Shown: positions 1 through 15,455 of the stretch, piece after piece | How positions within the stretch are numbered: position 1 is the stretch's first letter | Layout of the letters: each line of letters starts with the position of its first letter | The notes under the pieces: generated by a model | Database searches by the model: none | Told to the model about the DNA's origin: nothing | The model's input: the letters and a program-made list of their open reading frames with translations, nothing else | Assembly: GCA_964016885.1 (NCBI GenBank) | Contig: OZ024741.1 | Coordinates: forward strand, 317,192,001-317,256,000 | DNA from: Eledone cirrhosa | Lineage: Eukaryota | Length of the DNA stretch: 64,000 nucleotides | Reading direction: 5' to 3' | Translations under genes and position numbers: made by a program

Positions 1-99
1 CAGTGCTAGTTAGAAGGCGTGGTAGGACGTTGAGACAACACCTCGCGTAGAGCATCGAAGAACCCCTGATGCCCTGTCAGAGAATACACTGCCACAGGT

Positions 100-392
100 A
101 TTAACAACAACAATACAAAGCCAATATGTCTGAGCGATCATATAGTGTAGGAGTTGAACTGCACATGCAGATCCAACTATATCGTTTCCACGAAACACCA
201 ACTGCATCACAGAATTTCAAGAACAGTTTCAAAGAGCGACCCCTCCGAGCGCTGTGTTTCTACACAGAGAAATATGTGGAATGAGCATAACCACAAAAAT
301 ATTTGCGGAGCAAAGAGATACGGTAGATCTACGAATAGTGAAGTCACATTTTATTAGTAAGCAGGAGCCTACCCTAAACCATCAGAGTGACT
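100..392 (+). pseudogene. Degenerate GIY-YIG endonuclease C-terminus of a Penelope-like element
   Basis: Translation ...LNCTCRSNYIVSTKHQLHHRISR resembles the PLE motif C..YIGxTxRxLxxRIxEH. A downstream frame reads ...DLRIVKSHFISKQEPTLN. A hammerhead motif follows. Confidence 0.6.
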
Positions 393-454
393 TAGACACA
401 TGAAAACACCTATACACATACCCAAATGGGTAATAGACTTCCCAAGCCAGGAAT

Positions 455-498
455 AATCTAATCTGATGAAGGATTATAATCCGAAAGCGCTCACTATC
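455..498 (+). ncRNA. Minimal hammerhead ribozyme motif (Penelope pLTR type)
   Basis: CTGATGA(463-469), stem GGATT/AATCC, GAAA(483-486), then palindromic AGCGCT and CTC. Stem I is weak. Confidence 0.55.
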
Positions 499-796
499 AA
501 GTGACCCATACTAACCCAGCAACAAGGCTTGTAACTATACTGACACTAATCTTAATCCTAATTCTAACTCTAATCCTAACTCAAATTTTAATTCTAACAT
601 CAACCCTCACAAACTCACCTTTCTACACCTCTACCTTCACCCAAACGAACAATAAAACAAAACCTATACCATTTTAAACAAGTTTTATCTCGTTTATTGT
701 ATTGTATTATATTCTAGCTTTTCCTTCTCAGCTCCCTACAGCTTACTCTACTTACCTTGCTCTGAACCGCACGCACTACAAAAAAACTACACAACC

Positions 797-832
<36 letters not shown>

Positions 833-842
833 AATATATGTA

Positions 843-937
<95 letters not shown>

Positions 938-1022
938 ATGTATGTGTGTGTGTGTACGCACATACATATATCCACATAAAATATAAAATTCAATATATAT
1001 CTATTTGCATATGCATCTAATG

Positions 1023-1068
<46 letters not shown>

Positions 1069-1089
1069 ATAAGAAATAAAGAAGTGGTA

Positions 1090-2410
1090 ACGATTGCATA
1101 TATAGATTTGCTTCTAGACCATTAAGTATATCGACTAAATGCCTGCATTATATGAATGTTGCTGTATGTACAAGTAAAAAGGTGATCTACTAGACTGTGG
1201 CTCGTATAGAGCAATTCAGCTATTGGGACATGGAACGAAGGTATTTGAAGGAGTATTAGAGAAGATCATAAGGAAAAAAGTGAAGATTGATGAAATGTAG
1301 TTTGGATTTTTGCTGAGAAAAGGAATGGCTGATGTAATGGGTTTTTTTTAATTGTGAAACGATTACAGGAGAAGTACAGGAACAAGAGGAAGAATTTATT
1401 TTTATATTTTGTTGATCTGGAGAAAGATTTCTGCAGAATTCCACGTGAAGTAGTGACATGGGTATTGAGAGAATTCGGAATGGAGGAATTATTGGTTAAA
1501 TTAATGATGAAAATGTATGAGAAACAGCGTACGGTCGTAAAGAAGGACGGAAAAAGTAACACGTTTGAAGTGAAGGTTGGAGTTCGTTAGGGTTCAGTAT
1601 TAAGTTCATGTCTATTTCTAGTTGTAATGGGGGTACTGGACCGAAGTGTAAAATAGGTTTACCATGGGTGTTATACGCAGACGTGGAAAAGATTATGAAG
1701 GTGAATATTGGAAAAACGAAGGTGATTGCAAGTGGTAAAGCATTTAGTGAACTGGAGAGTACAGGAAGGGTGTACGATATATACTGGATGGGTGCATCGA
1801 AAATGTAGCGGTGTGGAAAGATTATTAAATAATGTGGCAGCTACATTTAAATGTGAAGTGCGTGAGGGAGAGAATTGCTGGCGAGGGGGTGTTGAACTGA
1901 ATATTGTGAATGGCGTGAAGATGGTAGGTGTGAGAATATTTGATTACTTTGGAGACCTGTTGGATGGAGAAGGCAGATCAGACACCGTGACAATACCTGG
2001 ATCGATATGTGCATGGAAGAGGTTCCAACTCAGAAAGTGGGTGCTGTGCAAACACGAAGGATGTTACTGAAACGGAAGGGGAAGTTGTATGTTGTATGCA
2101 TGAGAAGTGCCAAGATCGATGGGAGCTAGGCATGTGTCATGACTAGAGCAAGGCTAGAAAAAACAGACATGAGAATGATCCGGTGGATGAGTGGAGTATC
2201 GCTGAAAGAAAAAATGACACACAATTAATTGCAGAGGATAGTGGGATAGGGCCGGTGATGAATGTTGTGTAGAGAAATGGAATGAGATGGCTGGATCATG
2301 TGTTGAGGAAGGATAAAAATGACTGGGGGAGAGAATGAAGGAAATAAATGTGAAAGGAAGTAGAGGAAGCCATGCCTAAAAATGTGGAGCAGTAAATGTC
2401 AAGGTCCCGT
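1090..2410 (+). mobile_element. Decayed RTE-clade LINE, reverse transcriptase and C-terminal region
   Basis: Fragments FVDLEKDFCRIPRE, FEVKVGVR*GSVLS, MKVNIGKTKV, WVHRKCSG and FDYFGDLL across several frames with stops. Confidence 0.85.
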
Positions 2411-2652
2411 GAGGGAAATGTTATTGATGTTGTCGTCGCCGTCGTCGTCGTTATCGTTGCTGTTTTTGTTGATTTTGTTGTTGTTGTTTTTGGTGATGGC
2501 GGTGGTGGTGGTGGTGGTGGTGGTGGTGGTGATGGAGGCGGCGGTGGTATTATTGTAAGTGTTAATGTCTTCTTTGAACTTGAAAATTTTCATTGGCATT
2601 TTTATACACTGTAGTAAATATTTATGTGCAAGTAAAATAGAAATTGGACGCA

Positions 2653-3357
<705 letters not shown>

Positions 3358-3550
3358 TACTTTGACAAAAATAGCCACTCAATTTACAACAACCAAACAT
3401 AAAAACTATATTTACTCTAAAATAAAATGTTTGTTTTTCTTCAATATATTTTTAAAAATTCATCTTTCAAATTAGATTTCTTACAAATTCCTTATTAATA
3501 TATTTTTTTATTTTATCTATGTATTTATTATATGTGTTTTATATATATAC

Positions 3551-3696
3551 ACACCGAAACACAAACATCGACAGACACAAACATCGACGCAAACACACAA
3601 ACACTGATACACACAAACACATACACACACAAACACATACACACACAAACACACACACAAGCTCTCTCCGTTTCTTCCACACACTGACATACACGC

Positions 3697-3738
<42 letters not shown>

Positions 3739-3972
3739 GCGTGTATGTCAGTGTGTGGAAGAAACGGAGAGAGCTTGTGTGTGTGTTTATGTGTGTGTTT
3801 TAATATAATTGCGTATATGTCAGTGTTTGGAAGAAACGGAGAGAGCTTGTATATGTGTTTGTGTGTGTATGTGTTTGTGTGTGTATGTGTTTGTGTGTGT
3901 ATGTGTTTGTGTGTATCAGTGTTTGTGTGTTTGCGTCGATGTTTGTGTCTGTCGATGTTTGTGTTTCGGTGT
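3551..3972. repeat. Fold-back inverted duplication centred on (TA)n
   Basis: GCTCTCTCCGTTTCTTCCACACACTGACATACACGCAATT (3661-3700) recurs reverse-complemented at ~3736-3775 and ~3807-3846. The second copy continues to mirror 3551-3660. Confidence 0.9.
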
Positions 3973-4123
3973 GCATGTGTGTTGCGTATGTATCAGTGTG
4001 TAGGTATGTTGCGTGTGTATCGGTGTATGTATGTGTCAATGTATGTGTATGTTGGTGTTTGTGCTCTTTTGCGTTCAATCTGGTACAAACTAATCGATAG
4101 AGTCTGCTTGATTTTTCAGACAC

Positions 4124-4124
<1 letters not shown>

Positions 4125-4192
<68 letters not shown>

Positions 4193-4643
4193 GCACCAAC
4201 AACAACTTCAAGAACAACAGCAACTACAACAACGACAACAACTTTAACAAGAGCAGCAGCAACAACCACAACATCAACAGTAACAACAACCATAACTTCA
4301 ACAACAACAGCAACAACAACAACAACAACAACAACATCAACAGTAACAACAACACTTTCAACAACAACAACAACAACAACAGCAACAACAACATCAACAG
4401 TAACAACAATAACTTCAACTACAACTTCAACAACAACAACAGCAACAGTAACAAAAACAACAACTTCAACTACAACTTCAACAACAATAACAACAACAAC
4501 AACAAAAACAACAACAACAACATCAACAGTAACAACAACAACATCTACAACAACAACAACAACAACAACAACAGTAACAAAAACAACTTCAACAACAACA
4601 ACAACAACAGTAACAAAACAACTTCAACAACAACAACAACTTC

Positions 4644-4677
<34 letters not shown>

Positions 4678-4975
4678 TCAACAGTAATAACAACATCTAC
4701 AACTTCAACAACAACAACAACAGTAACAAAAACAACTTCAACAACAACAACAACAACAACAACAACAGTAACAACAACTACTACAACAAAAACAACAACA
4801 ACAACAACAGCAACAACAACTTCAACCACAATTTCAACAACAACAACAACAACAACAACAACAGTAACAACAACAACAACAACTTCAACTACAACTTCAA
4901 CAAACAACAACAACAACAACAGTAACAACAACAACAACAACTTCAACTACAACTTCAACAAACAACAACAACAGT

Positions 4976-5006
<31 letters not shown>

Positions 5007-5008
5007 GT

Positions 5009-5039
<31 letters not shown>

Positions 5040-5750
5040 GTAACAACAACAACAACTTCAACTACAACTTCAACAAACAACAACAACAGTAACAACAACA
5101 ACAACAACAACAACAACAGTAACAACAACAGTAACAACAACAGCTTCAACCACAATTTCAACAACAACAACAACAGCAACTACAACGACTACAACTTCAA
5201 CAAGAACAGCAACAACCACAACAATAGTAACAACAACTACAGCAACAACAACCACAACTTCAACAACAACAGCAACAACACAACAATAACAACTACATCT
5301 ACAGCAACATCACAACAACAAAAAGAACAACAACAGTAAGAGCAACTACAACCACCACCATCACTACTACTACCACTACTATGGCCATCACCAACACCAC
5401 AAACTACAACCACCAATACCAACAGTATCACCACAACCGCCACCAACAATACCACTATTACCACCACCATGACCACCACTGCTACCACCACCTCCACCAC
5501 CACCACCAATACTACCATCACTAGGACCATCAGCACCACTACTACAACTACCACTACTACAAGCACCACCACCAAGACTACCACCACCACCATCAACACC
5601 GCTACCACTACCAATATTACCATCACTAGGACCATCAGCACCATAACCAAGACTACTACCATCACCCACCCCCAACCCCCACTATACTACCTCTACCACC
5701 ATCACCACCTCCACTATACTACCTCTACCATCACTACCACCTCCACCACG
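4125..5750. repeat. Long degenerate (AAC)n tract grading into (ACC)n/(ACT)n
   Basis: Direct reading. It generates the poly-N/poly-T ORFs. Confidence 0.95.
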
Positions 5751-6149
5751 CTGCTGGTAGTCGTGGTTTTATCGATCTTTGACGCTTGGTGTTTTCACTG
5801 GGAGCCTCGAGCCTTATAATATACTTGTGGGCCATGAGCAAAATTCACCAAAAGATTGCTGATCAAGGCAGAAGAAACTTATGTTCATTTTTTTTGTTGT
5901 TGGTTTTTTTTTTTTTTTACCTTTCTTCTTTCCTTGTTTTTTTTTTTATTTTATTTGCTTGGCTGTACAGTATAAATATTTGAGAGACGTCCGCCAGGCT
6001 GGTTGTTGTTTTGTTTAACAGTTGGAAGGTTTTGTTTTGAAGGGCATGTTTCAGTTTTACTTTTCCTTGTACAGCCTGGGTATGATAAGATAGGACAGAA
6101 ATCTGTATTGTAGTGTAGTAAATAAATATATATGTATACACCAGGTCCG

Positions 6150-6445
6150 AACACAATGGAACCAAATACCCACTGTCACTGCCTCCGTCTCTCCCCTTCT
6201 CCCCATCTCTCACTATTGTGAGCAAATGGCGGCCCACGCGCTGGTCATCCCGCGGCCCCGGCGCACAGAATTGAGAAGGCGTTTCCTCGGAGGATGGTGA
6301 GGGAGACGTGAGGGTAGCCGACTCTGCCGATGGTGGTGAGTAAAGAAGGGGGGGTCCTAGGGCCAAGGACACCAGAAGTCTCCACTGGTGATAAGTATGG
6401 CTGAATGTAATTCCATGGATTTCGTTTACTTGAGTTCATGGCAGC
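6150..6445 (-). mobile_element. 3' remnant of a CRE-like RLE non-LTR retrotransposon
   Basis: ORF 6245-6439 has PVETSGVLGP and HVSLTILRGNAFSIL, resembling the CRE-type C-terminal motifs PxAxETxGxxGP and RLSxAIQRGNAxxI. Confidence 0.55.
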
Positions 6446-7432
6446 ATTCGATTAAGGTAGGTTTGTTAACGTTCTAGTTAAGGCAATTTATGGTCTTAGT
6501 TACATATATTATTTGAGGTTGTTATTGTGACATGGAATGAGCAGTGACTGTTGTTGTTGTTGTTGTTCTCAATGCTAAATTACTTTAAATAATGTTTTAT
6601 TGACTGTAATGTTTGCCAATCTTCTGTTTCTCAACGTTTTGCTCCTTTTGTTATTTCCCCTTTTTAGTTGTTTGATGTTGAGTTCTTGTTCTTTTATCTT
6701 TTCGTTTTTCCCACTATTTGTAGTTTATTGTGTTTGAGGTTGTCTCTGGTGTTTACGGTTGTACTTCCTTATGTTGCCTTCCGGGTGTGTTTTTTGGATG
6801 TGTCTGTAATTATTTTGATGAATATTTATACTGTGTATCAAAGTTAGTGATTGTAGCGTTAGTGAATTCTGAAAACCTTGTTTCTTCTTCTTAATCAAAT
6901 TCTTCCCATTGTGCTTTTCTTTTTGAAATTTGTGATACTGTTTTTTTCCCTTCAGCATTGATATGCGATTGTGTTGTGATAGTAATAGATAGGTATTGTG
7001 AAGGAAATTGGCTAATTGATTTTAAAGTGTTTTTGATAACTAGGTGTGTGGAACTGAAGGTTTTGACTGTGAAAGATTTGTTGTAGTTGACTTGATGCGG
7101 TTTATATGTGCGTTTGTATGTGTATGTGGGAGGGTGTGTTAGTGTGGATTGTATATTATGTACTCTCGGGTCCCAAATAATAAGGGGGTGGAATAAACGA
7201 GGTGTAGGAATAAGCGGGGATGCTGGATAAGCGAGATTTTGGAAAATCGGTAATTTTTCTAGGCTGTTTCCACTGACTTAAAAAAAAAACAGAAATATTC
7301 GTTTAGTTTACATATCGATAATTCATTCCATCCTATTTATTTTATAAACCAATGGAATGTTTGAATGTGAAGTAATTTTAAATATCTGTATTCGAAAAAA
7401 AAAACGGATATATATATATATCCGTTTCTTAT

Positions 7433-7509
<77 letters not shown>

Positions 7510-7834
7510 TATACAATATATATACACATATATATATATATATGTGGAACTGCAGAAACCCATAAAGCTAGATTTTAACATCTTTCTAGCGGGTCCGGGT
7601 AAGATTTTACATTCATTTAATTTATTAATTTATTAATTTATTATTTGTTTGACCCGAATTTTCCTGGTCGTCTTTTCGGCTGTGCGAATGATTTTAAGCA
7701 ATGTCTCTATGTGTTGGTATTTTAACGATAGTTATAGCTCTGGTTTACCCAAACTATTGAGCCCTCTGCCACACATTTCGAAGATTGTGTTTCGTGATTT
7801 CGTGGGCTGAGATTTCGATTCTCGATTATTTATT

Positions 7835-7948
<114 letters not shown>

Positions 7949-9577
7949 CATATATAGATATGGATATACATACAAATGTGTGTTCGTGAATATATTTGTG
8001 TGAGTATAAATATATACATATAGGTATATACCCAAAGGAAATAGAACACTCAACATATTATTGGGTTTACAAATGTGTATTATCAGTTAAACTTAAAGTT
8101 TCACCATTACGAGAAACAAGCTTGGTCGGTCAGACGCTTAATCAGTCACAATTTCTGGATAAAGTCGATTATTCTTGAATATTGTATGATGCGCGTTCTC
8201 ACTGGCCTCTTTGGATCACGTGTTGTTTTTTACTGCTGCTGAGTAGGAATATCCTCACTTCATTAGAAATTCTAATTAAATTCTAGTTGAGTTGAATCTT
8301 TCAGTAGAGTGTCTTCTGAAGAGACACAGCAGCCATTGTAGTATGTGGTGTTTACTCCTAATGATTCAAAGTTAACCTTGTTGCAGAATGACAGTTCAGT
8401 TATCTTGTTGAGAGAGAGGCCCTCTTGAGAATGTTCCTAATTATGCTTGGACTGTTTTTCAATGAAAGAAGGACATGATGAGAGTGAAGGAAATGAAGAA
8501 ATCATGATGTAAAGCAGTGTAAGGTGAGAAAGAAAATAAAAGGGGGTTAGTAAAAAAGCAACAAATCGAATAGTAGTTTCGAAAGAGAACTAGAGAAATA
8601 GATATATACGGAGTGATAATGAACACAACCACAAAACATACTTACTTGACGCACATGTATAGGTGTGTGTGTGTGTGTGTGTGCGAGCGTGAGTATATGT
8701 GCTTGCGTGTATGTATGCGTATATGTTGTTTAAGAAATAAACGTTAATAAATCGCTAAAATATAGAAGTTCATTTTTATATTACTTTCTCAAGTTGGGAT
8801 TTCTCTATATCATTCTTTCTCTTCTACTGACACTTATACACACACACACACACACACTCTTTATCTCTACCCCCTCTTTCTCTATCTACCTATCTATCTT
8901 TGTTTGTTTTTTTCTTTCTTTCTTTCACACAACTTCTCTCATTCTCTATTAAACAAACATACGATATCTTTCTCGTTCTTCCACTCCTCTTTCTACCCCC
9001 CCCCCCGCCCCCCACCTCTGTTAATCTCACTATTTCCAATTGTGTTACTATTGCTATTAATGTTTTCATGGTGTTGTTTCTTATGATGCTGTTCACAAGA
9101 AAAAAAAATGTAGATGTTGTTATTGTTACTGCTGTTGTTGTTGTTGTCGTTGTTGCTGCTACTACTACTGCTGTTGTTGTTGACGTTGCTGTTGTTGTCG
9201 TTTTTCTTCTTGCTGTTTTTTTTTCCTTGTTGTTTTTGTTGTTGTTGTTGGTGGTGGTAGTGGTGTTGTGGTTGTTATTGTTGTTGTTCTTGTTGAAATA
9301 GTAAATATATTTTTCTAGAATGAGAAGGTATATTTAATTTTCTTTTAATTTCAGACGAATCAATGTATATTTTTTCTCATTAAAGGAATTTGCTAAAATA
9401 CACGTTCACACACATACCAAGGATCACACACATATATATATGTATATATATATATGTGTGTGTATATACATATATATACTCACATACATATATATATATG
9501 AATGTACATGTTTGTATATATATATATATATACATATATGTACATATATATATGTATATATATGTACATATATATGC

Positions 9578-9609
<32 letters not shown>

Positions 9610-9850
9610 GTACATATATAAGCATATACATATATATATGTAAATATATATATGTGTGTGTGTGTGTACATATATATATATGTATATATATATATGTGTG
9701 TGTACATGTATATATGTATACATATATATGTGTGGGTGTCTGGGTGTGTGCGTGTGCATATACACACAAACATATGTTTCGATCTAAAATTGATGCTAAT
9801 CTATAATGTACATACTAATATATATATATATATAATATACTGTATATATA

Positions 9851-9930
<80 letters not shown>

Positions 9931-10328
9931 AAGACAATGTATCCCATTATGTATATGTATTTATATATTCATATAGGTATACATACGCACACACACACAC
10001 ACAAATATATATATATGTATATATACAATACAGACATGCGCGCCACACGCACACATACACAGATGAATGCAGATAGACATACGTATATATCTACAAAGAC
10101 CCTCCTATATTTTCTATATATTTTGATCTAAACATACAAGACTTTCTCCAATCTTATTTAATAAAGTAACGAAACATTTCGTCAGTTGAGTTCGTTATTT
10201 TTATTTATTTGAAGAAATTCTTTTAATTATTTATCTATTTCCTCTTCAATACATTCACTACATCAAATCTTGTTCTTATAGCAACATTAATAATAGTTTT
10301 AGAACTATATTATAACTATGTTGTTGTT

Positions 10329-10377
<49 letters not shown>

Positions 10378-10560
10378 AATGTAATCTGAGTTTTTCGAAT
10401 ATTAATAATAACATTCGATACGTTTGCAATTATGCAAACAAGCCTAATTTTTAAAGCCATGTCAGTAGAATGAAAAACTTCATTCTTGCTCTTGTGTTGG
10501 CATGTAAACAGAACTGCAGACACTAATGTTTCTGGGTATCACCCTTCATCAGTACAGCTC
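10378..10560 (-). mobile_element. Penelope-like terminal repeat with hammerhead (second copy at 27047-27216)
   Basis: Two similar ~170-180 bp copies in the window, both abutting (TA)n at the 3' end and both containing the hammerhead. Confidence 0.7.
10511..10560 (-). ncRNA. Type I hammerhead ribozyme
   Basis: Minus strand reads GAGCUGUA-CUGAUGA-A-GGGU(GAU)ACCC-A-GAAAC-AUUAGU-GUC^UGCAGUUC. It has an 8-bp stem I, the CUGAUGA/GAAA core and a GUC triplet. Confidence 0.8.
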
Positions 10561-10708
10561 ACTGTTCACCTGCCAACTGTCAGAGCTAGTGAAAATATAT
10601 GCTATTTTCTAAAATATATAGTGACTGATCGGCTTTTATATATATATTAGAAATTATAAATATAGGCTTTCACCGTATTTTGACTAAAGAATGGAAAAAG
10701 ATGTGTAT

Positions 10709-10779
10709 TGACGTACATGGGAGTCGAACCCACATCTTCGGTTATCCAGGCCAATGTGCGACCATTACACCAATGCATC
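10709..10779 (-). pseudogene. tRNA-like sequence (pseudo-tRNA or SINE head, GGA in the anticodon position)
   Basis: A-box TGGTGTAATGG and T arm GTGGG-TTCGACT-CCCAT. C:A mismatches in the acceptor and anticodon stems and no long variable arm, so probably not a functional tRNA-Ser. Confidence 0.65.
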
Positions 10780-10973
10780 ACCCATCTCTTTCCATTCAAA
10801 TTAGAAGCTATAATCTTAGCAAGTAAATGATAACAAGTAGGTATGTTTTTGAAACAGTGAGCGAGTTTGAAATTAGAAATTAGAAATATAAGCTTTCACC
10901 GTATTTTGACTAAAAAAATTTTAGCCCGATAGTGGGGTTTATAACCCTCAGAGAATATATATATATAAACGTT

Positions 10974-11098
<125 letters not shown>

Positions 11099-11190
11099 CC
11101 AAAAGTTTAACAAGGTTCATTTATTAATCAATGAATAAAGTTTTACAATAGATTAGAAGCACTCAACAGTTAGGTTTTCTGGAGTTATTA

Positions 11191-11460
11191 ATATTACTTC
11201 AAAATATTAATAAATATAGACATTCATGTGATCAAATATATTTTATTATACATATTTCAGAGGTACTGAGCTATTTCATCAGTACGTCCTCATCAGATAA
11301 AATAAATTGCTGTCTGACATACCTCAACTGTGCTGATGGTTCAATTCCAGTCTTGGCAGACATCAATTTATTTTATCTGATGAGGACTTACTGATGAAAT
11401 AGCTCAGGACCTCTGAAATATGTATAATAATGAATGTCTATATTTATTAATATTTTGAAG

Positions 11461-11466
<6 letters not shown>
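11191..11466. repeat. Inverted repeat of ~120 bp arms carrying hammerhead-like CTGATGA...GAAA cores
   Basis: TTTCAGAGGTACTGAGCTATTTCATCAGTACGTCCTCATCAGATAAAATAAATTG is mirrored at ~11364-11418. The loop is ~40 bp. Confidence 0.85.
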
Positions 11467-11543
<77 letters not shown>

Positions 11544-11561
11544 GATAGCAACAAGATATAA

Positions 11562-11740
11562 AATAGTTCTAAAACAGCTGGCAACAGAATTCCCAGTTCT
11601 GCGTGTCGGAAGGTAGTAAAACCGATGAAGAAAGACGAGAACAAGAGGGGTGTATTGGACGATTTCAGACTCATCTCAGCTAAACATACAGTTTAAGATC
11701 TTGACCAAGGTGTTAGCAATGAGGTTGGCGCTTGTCATCG
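11562..11740 (+). mobile_element. Short decayed RT fragment related to the Tx1 family at 49.5-64 kb
   Basis: Reads WQQN...KKDENKRGVLDDFRLIS...KILTKVLAMRLALVI, matching WQQNGRIP...RKDENKGDEISNFRPITL...KILVKVLAKRLAL of the array. Confidence 0.75.
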
Positions 11741-11829
11741 AAATATATTATACATATCCGGGAGCTTCCAACAGTAATGGTTGCATTCTTTAAGGGTATG
11801 TCAATATTTATTTATAAAACTGATCTATA

Positions 11830-11936
11830 TTATATTTTATCTGATGAAAGCACACCATAATTTAACTTGGTGTCCTTGAAATATGTATAATGAAATAAAT
11901 ATGGTTTTATAAATATACTTTCCATTTGTTAATATC
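11830..11936 (+). mobile_element. Penelope-like pLTR fragment with hammerhead-like core
   Basis: TTTTATCTGATGAAAGC...TTGAAATATGTATAATGAAATAAATATGGTTTTATAAATATA is nearly identical to 40303-40402. Confidence 0.65.
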
Positions 11937-12031
<95 letters not shown>

Positions 12032-12032
12032 G

Positions 12033-12067
<35 letters not shown>

Positions 12068-12141
12068 GGTGGTGGTGGTGGTGGTGGTGGTGGTGGTGGT
12101 CGTCGTCGTCGTCGTCGTCGTCGTGGTAGTAGTAGTAGTAA

Positions 12142-12176
<35 letters not shown>

Positions 12177-12541
12177 GAGTAGTAGTAGTAGTAGTAGTAG
12201 TAGTAATAGTAGTAGTAATAGTAGTAATAGTAACAGCAGTAGTAGTGGTGGTGGTAGTAATAGTATCATCACCCTCATTGTTATTGTAAGCATTAAAATA
12301 TTATTTTGTTTTCTTACCATTTTCCAAATTGAGATTTTAGATTTGTTTCTATTTTTATGAAAATTATTATTAAAAGTATTTGCAACTTTAAATTTTCATT
12401 TCAAAAAATAATTATTTTCTCCGTCGTTATGGCTGACGTTGGTTTTGTCGTGGTTATATATATCCAAATTAAATTCTTTCTGTATATTGATTTATGTACC
12501 ATATATATATATATTTTATGTACCATATAGATTTATGTACC

Positions 12542-12569
<28 letters not shown>

Positions 12570-12572
<3 letters not shown>

Positions 12573-12760
12573 TTGTTTCTACTTTAGGCACAAGGCCAGC
12601 AATTACCCAGTGCATTACTGGTACTTTATTTTATCGACCCCGTAAGGATGAAAGACAAAGTCAACCTCGGCGGGATTTGAACTCAGATCGTAAAGGGACG
12701 TAACTATGCTGAAAGCATGGCGTCCAACCCTCTACCGATACTGCCAATCCACCGCCCTTA
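12570..12760 (-). mobile_element. tRNA-derived SINE (abundant family, short AT-rich tail)
   Basis: Reverse complement of GGATTGGCAGTATCGGTAGAG...GAGTTCAAATCCCGCCGAGGTTGACTTTG...GGGGTCGATAAAATAAAGTACCAGT, with A and B boxes. Confidence 0.9.
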
Positions 12761-12851
12761 TATATGTATATATATTAATAAGAGGAATTCCAACTTTGTC
12801 TGATTTACAATCCATTAAAATTTATAATAGTATTATAATTAAATAGTATGA

Positions 12852-13202
<351 letters not shown>

Positions 13203-13286
13203 GCACATTTATACACATATATTTGTATGTATGTATTTATAGTAGGTATATGTGTGTGTATATATATTGTATATGTATATAAATAT

Positions 13287-13332
<46 letters not shown>

Positions 13333-13903
13333 GTTATGTAATAAACAACATAAGGCAATTATTTCATTTACCAGTGGTTTCTTAAAAGCAAAAAAATGTT
13401 GCTTTCAATCATCAGAATAAAAAAATCCTGGTGTATTTATTGACGTTGGATTTTAAAAACAAAAATGCAATCTATATGAAAGTGAGGCTGTAAAAGGAAG
13501 AAGGAAAGGAACAATAAAATAAAAACACACATGCAAACACACACACACACACACGATGATATACATACACACACATATATATATATACACGCATACATAC
13601 GCATGCACAAAAATAGAAATATATACACACACCTACATACTCACACCCACAAATAAATATAAGAAAAAATATATAATAATTAAAAATAAAAATGAATATA
13701 AAGACTATTATAATGTTGACAGCTATACAGGCAACAAATAAATGAACAAACACACGTGGTAAGCAATACACACAAGTGCACGTACACATACATACGTAAA
13801 AATAAATACATACACACACTCTCACACATAAATATACATATACAAATACATAAACACATACATACGCATACACAACTACATACACACACACATATACATA
13901 TAT

Positions 13904-13994
<91 letters not shown>

Positions 13995-14123
13995 TACATA
14001 ACCATACAAATATACACATACATATACATACATATCACAAACACATACATACAAATACGAACACACATATATATGTGTGTAAAACTCATTCTTAGATAAT
14101 TCATATGAACCTTATTTAACTCT

Positions 14124-14211
<88 letters not shown>

Positions 14212-14414
14212 TACACATATATACACATACATACATACTCACATACACATATATACCTACACACACATATATACATACACATACGTATGCATACATACAT
14301 ACACACACACACACACACATATACATATATAACTATATATATATATATGAGAAAGAACATATATATATATATACAATATAGAAAGAATATATATATATAT
14401 ATATATATACAATA

Positions 14415-14975
14415 GAAAACGAAAGTTTAGAAAAGGATTATTACTAAAGCATTTAATAGATTTCCGAACAGGAACGAATAGTCCATTCCTGCAAGAATAG
14501 GCCATCAGAATTAATCAAACACAAAAATGATTTACCTCATACGTTTTAAAGTCCCAGTGGGAGAAAAAGAAAGCGAAGATGTAAAGAAATCGTTAAAATT
14601 ATAGAAGCCTAAAATAGTAATTAAAATTTATAAATTTATAAATTTATAAAATATTTACGTTCAGTAACAATAGATACTTCACTAACTATGATATATCATT
14701 ACAAAAGGAGAGGATACACTAAAATAGAGCAGGATTTATACTAATGGGAATTATAAAGTCTATTATAACTTCGTATGTGAAGTTATGAAAATATTATTAG
14801 AATGTACTTAAAGAATGTTAAAATTTATGGAAGCATAAAACAGTTATAAATAAATTTGATCGATTCTGATGAACCATTCTTGCAGGAATGAACCGTTCAT
14901 TCCTGTTAGTCTAACGAAACGTTCGTAAATCTATTGAATGTTTTATTCATAATCCTTGTTTAAACTTTTGTTTAT
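14415..14975. mobile_element. Penelope-like remnant with ~105-120 bp inverted termini and hammerhead motif
   Basis: 14415-14520 mirrors 14855-14975. CTGATGA...CAGGAATGAAC/GTTCATTCCTG...GAAACGTTC at ~14866-14925. Confidence 0.65.
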
Positions 14976-15138
14976 ATAGTTATCATAAGAAATTATAACA
15001 TTGTTGTATTTGGAATTTTACCCGTTGGATTAAACTTTAGACTGTTTATTACCTAGCTTGAGCACTATAAAATCATATAAAGCTTTAAATCTATTTAGCC
15101 TTTATACTGAAGTATTTTCAACTCACTTGAACTTGTTG

Positions 15139-15267
<129 letters not shown>

Positions 15268-15371
15268 TGTGTGTGTGTGTGTGTGTGACCTGGGTTTAAT
15301 CGGGGATAACCACAGTAAGTAAGGTACACAATACATAGCAGAGTATAAATTTTTAATATAGAAATGGCTTC

Positions 15372-15455
15372 TACAGGACTAGAACTGTTTCATTAGAAGG
15401 AAATCATGATGATTTCCTGAAGATTTCCCTCGAATGAAACAGTTCTAGTCCTGTA
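15372..15455. repeat. 23-bp inverted repeat enclosing a CTGAAGA...GAAAC hammerhead-like core
   Basis: TACAGGACTAGAACTGTTTCATT / AATGAAACAGTTCTAGTCCTGTA. Confidence 0.7.

Noticed and set aside
545-610. CTAAT/CTAAC-like repeats resembling telomeric sequence
   Set aside because: Short and degenerate, not a TTAGGG array.
3745-4977. 410-aa ORF rich in N/T
   Set aside because: Translation of (GT)n and (AAC)n repeats with no domain or exon evidence.
10709-10779. Functional tRNA-Ser(GGA)
   Set aside because: Stem mismatches and no long variable arm; kept only as tRNA-like.
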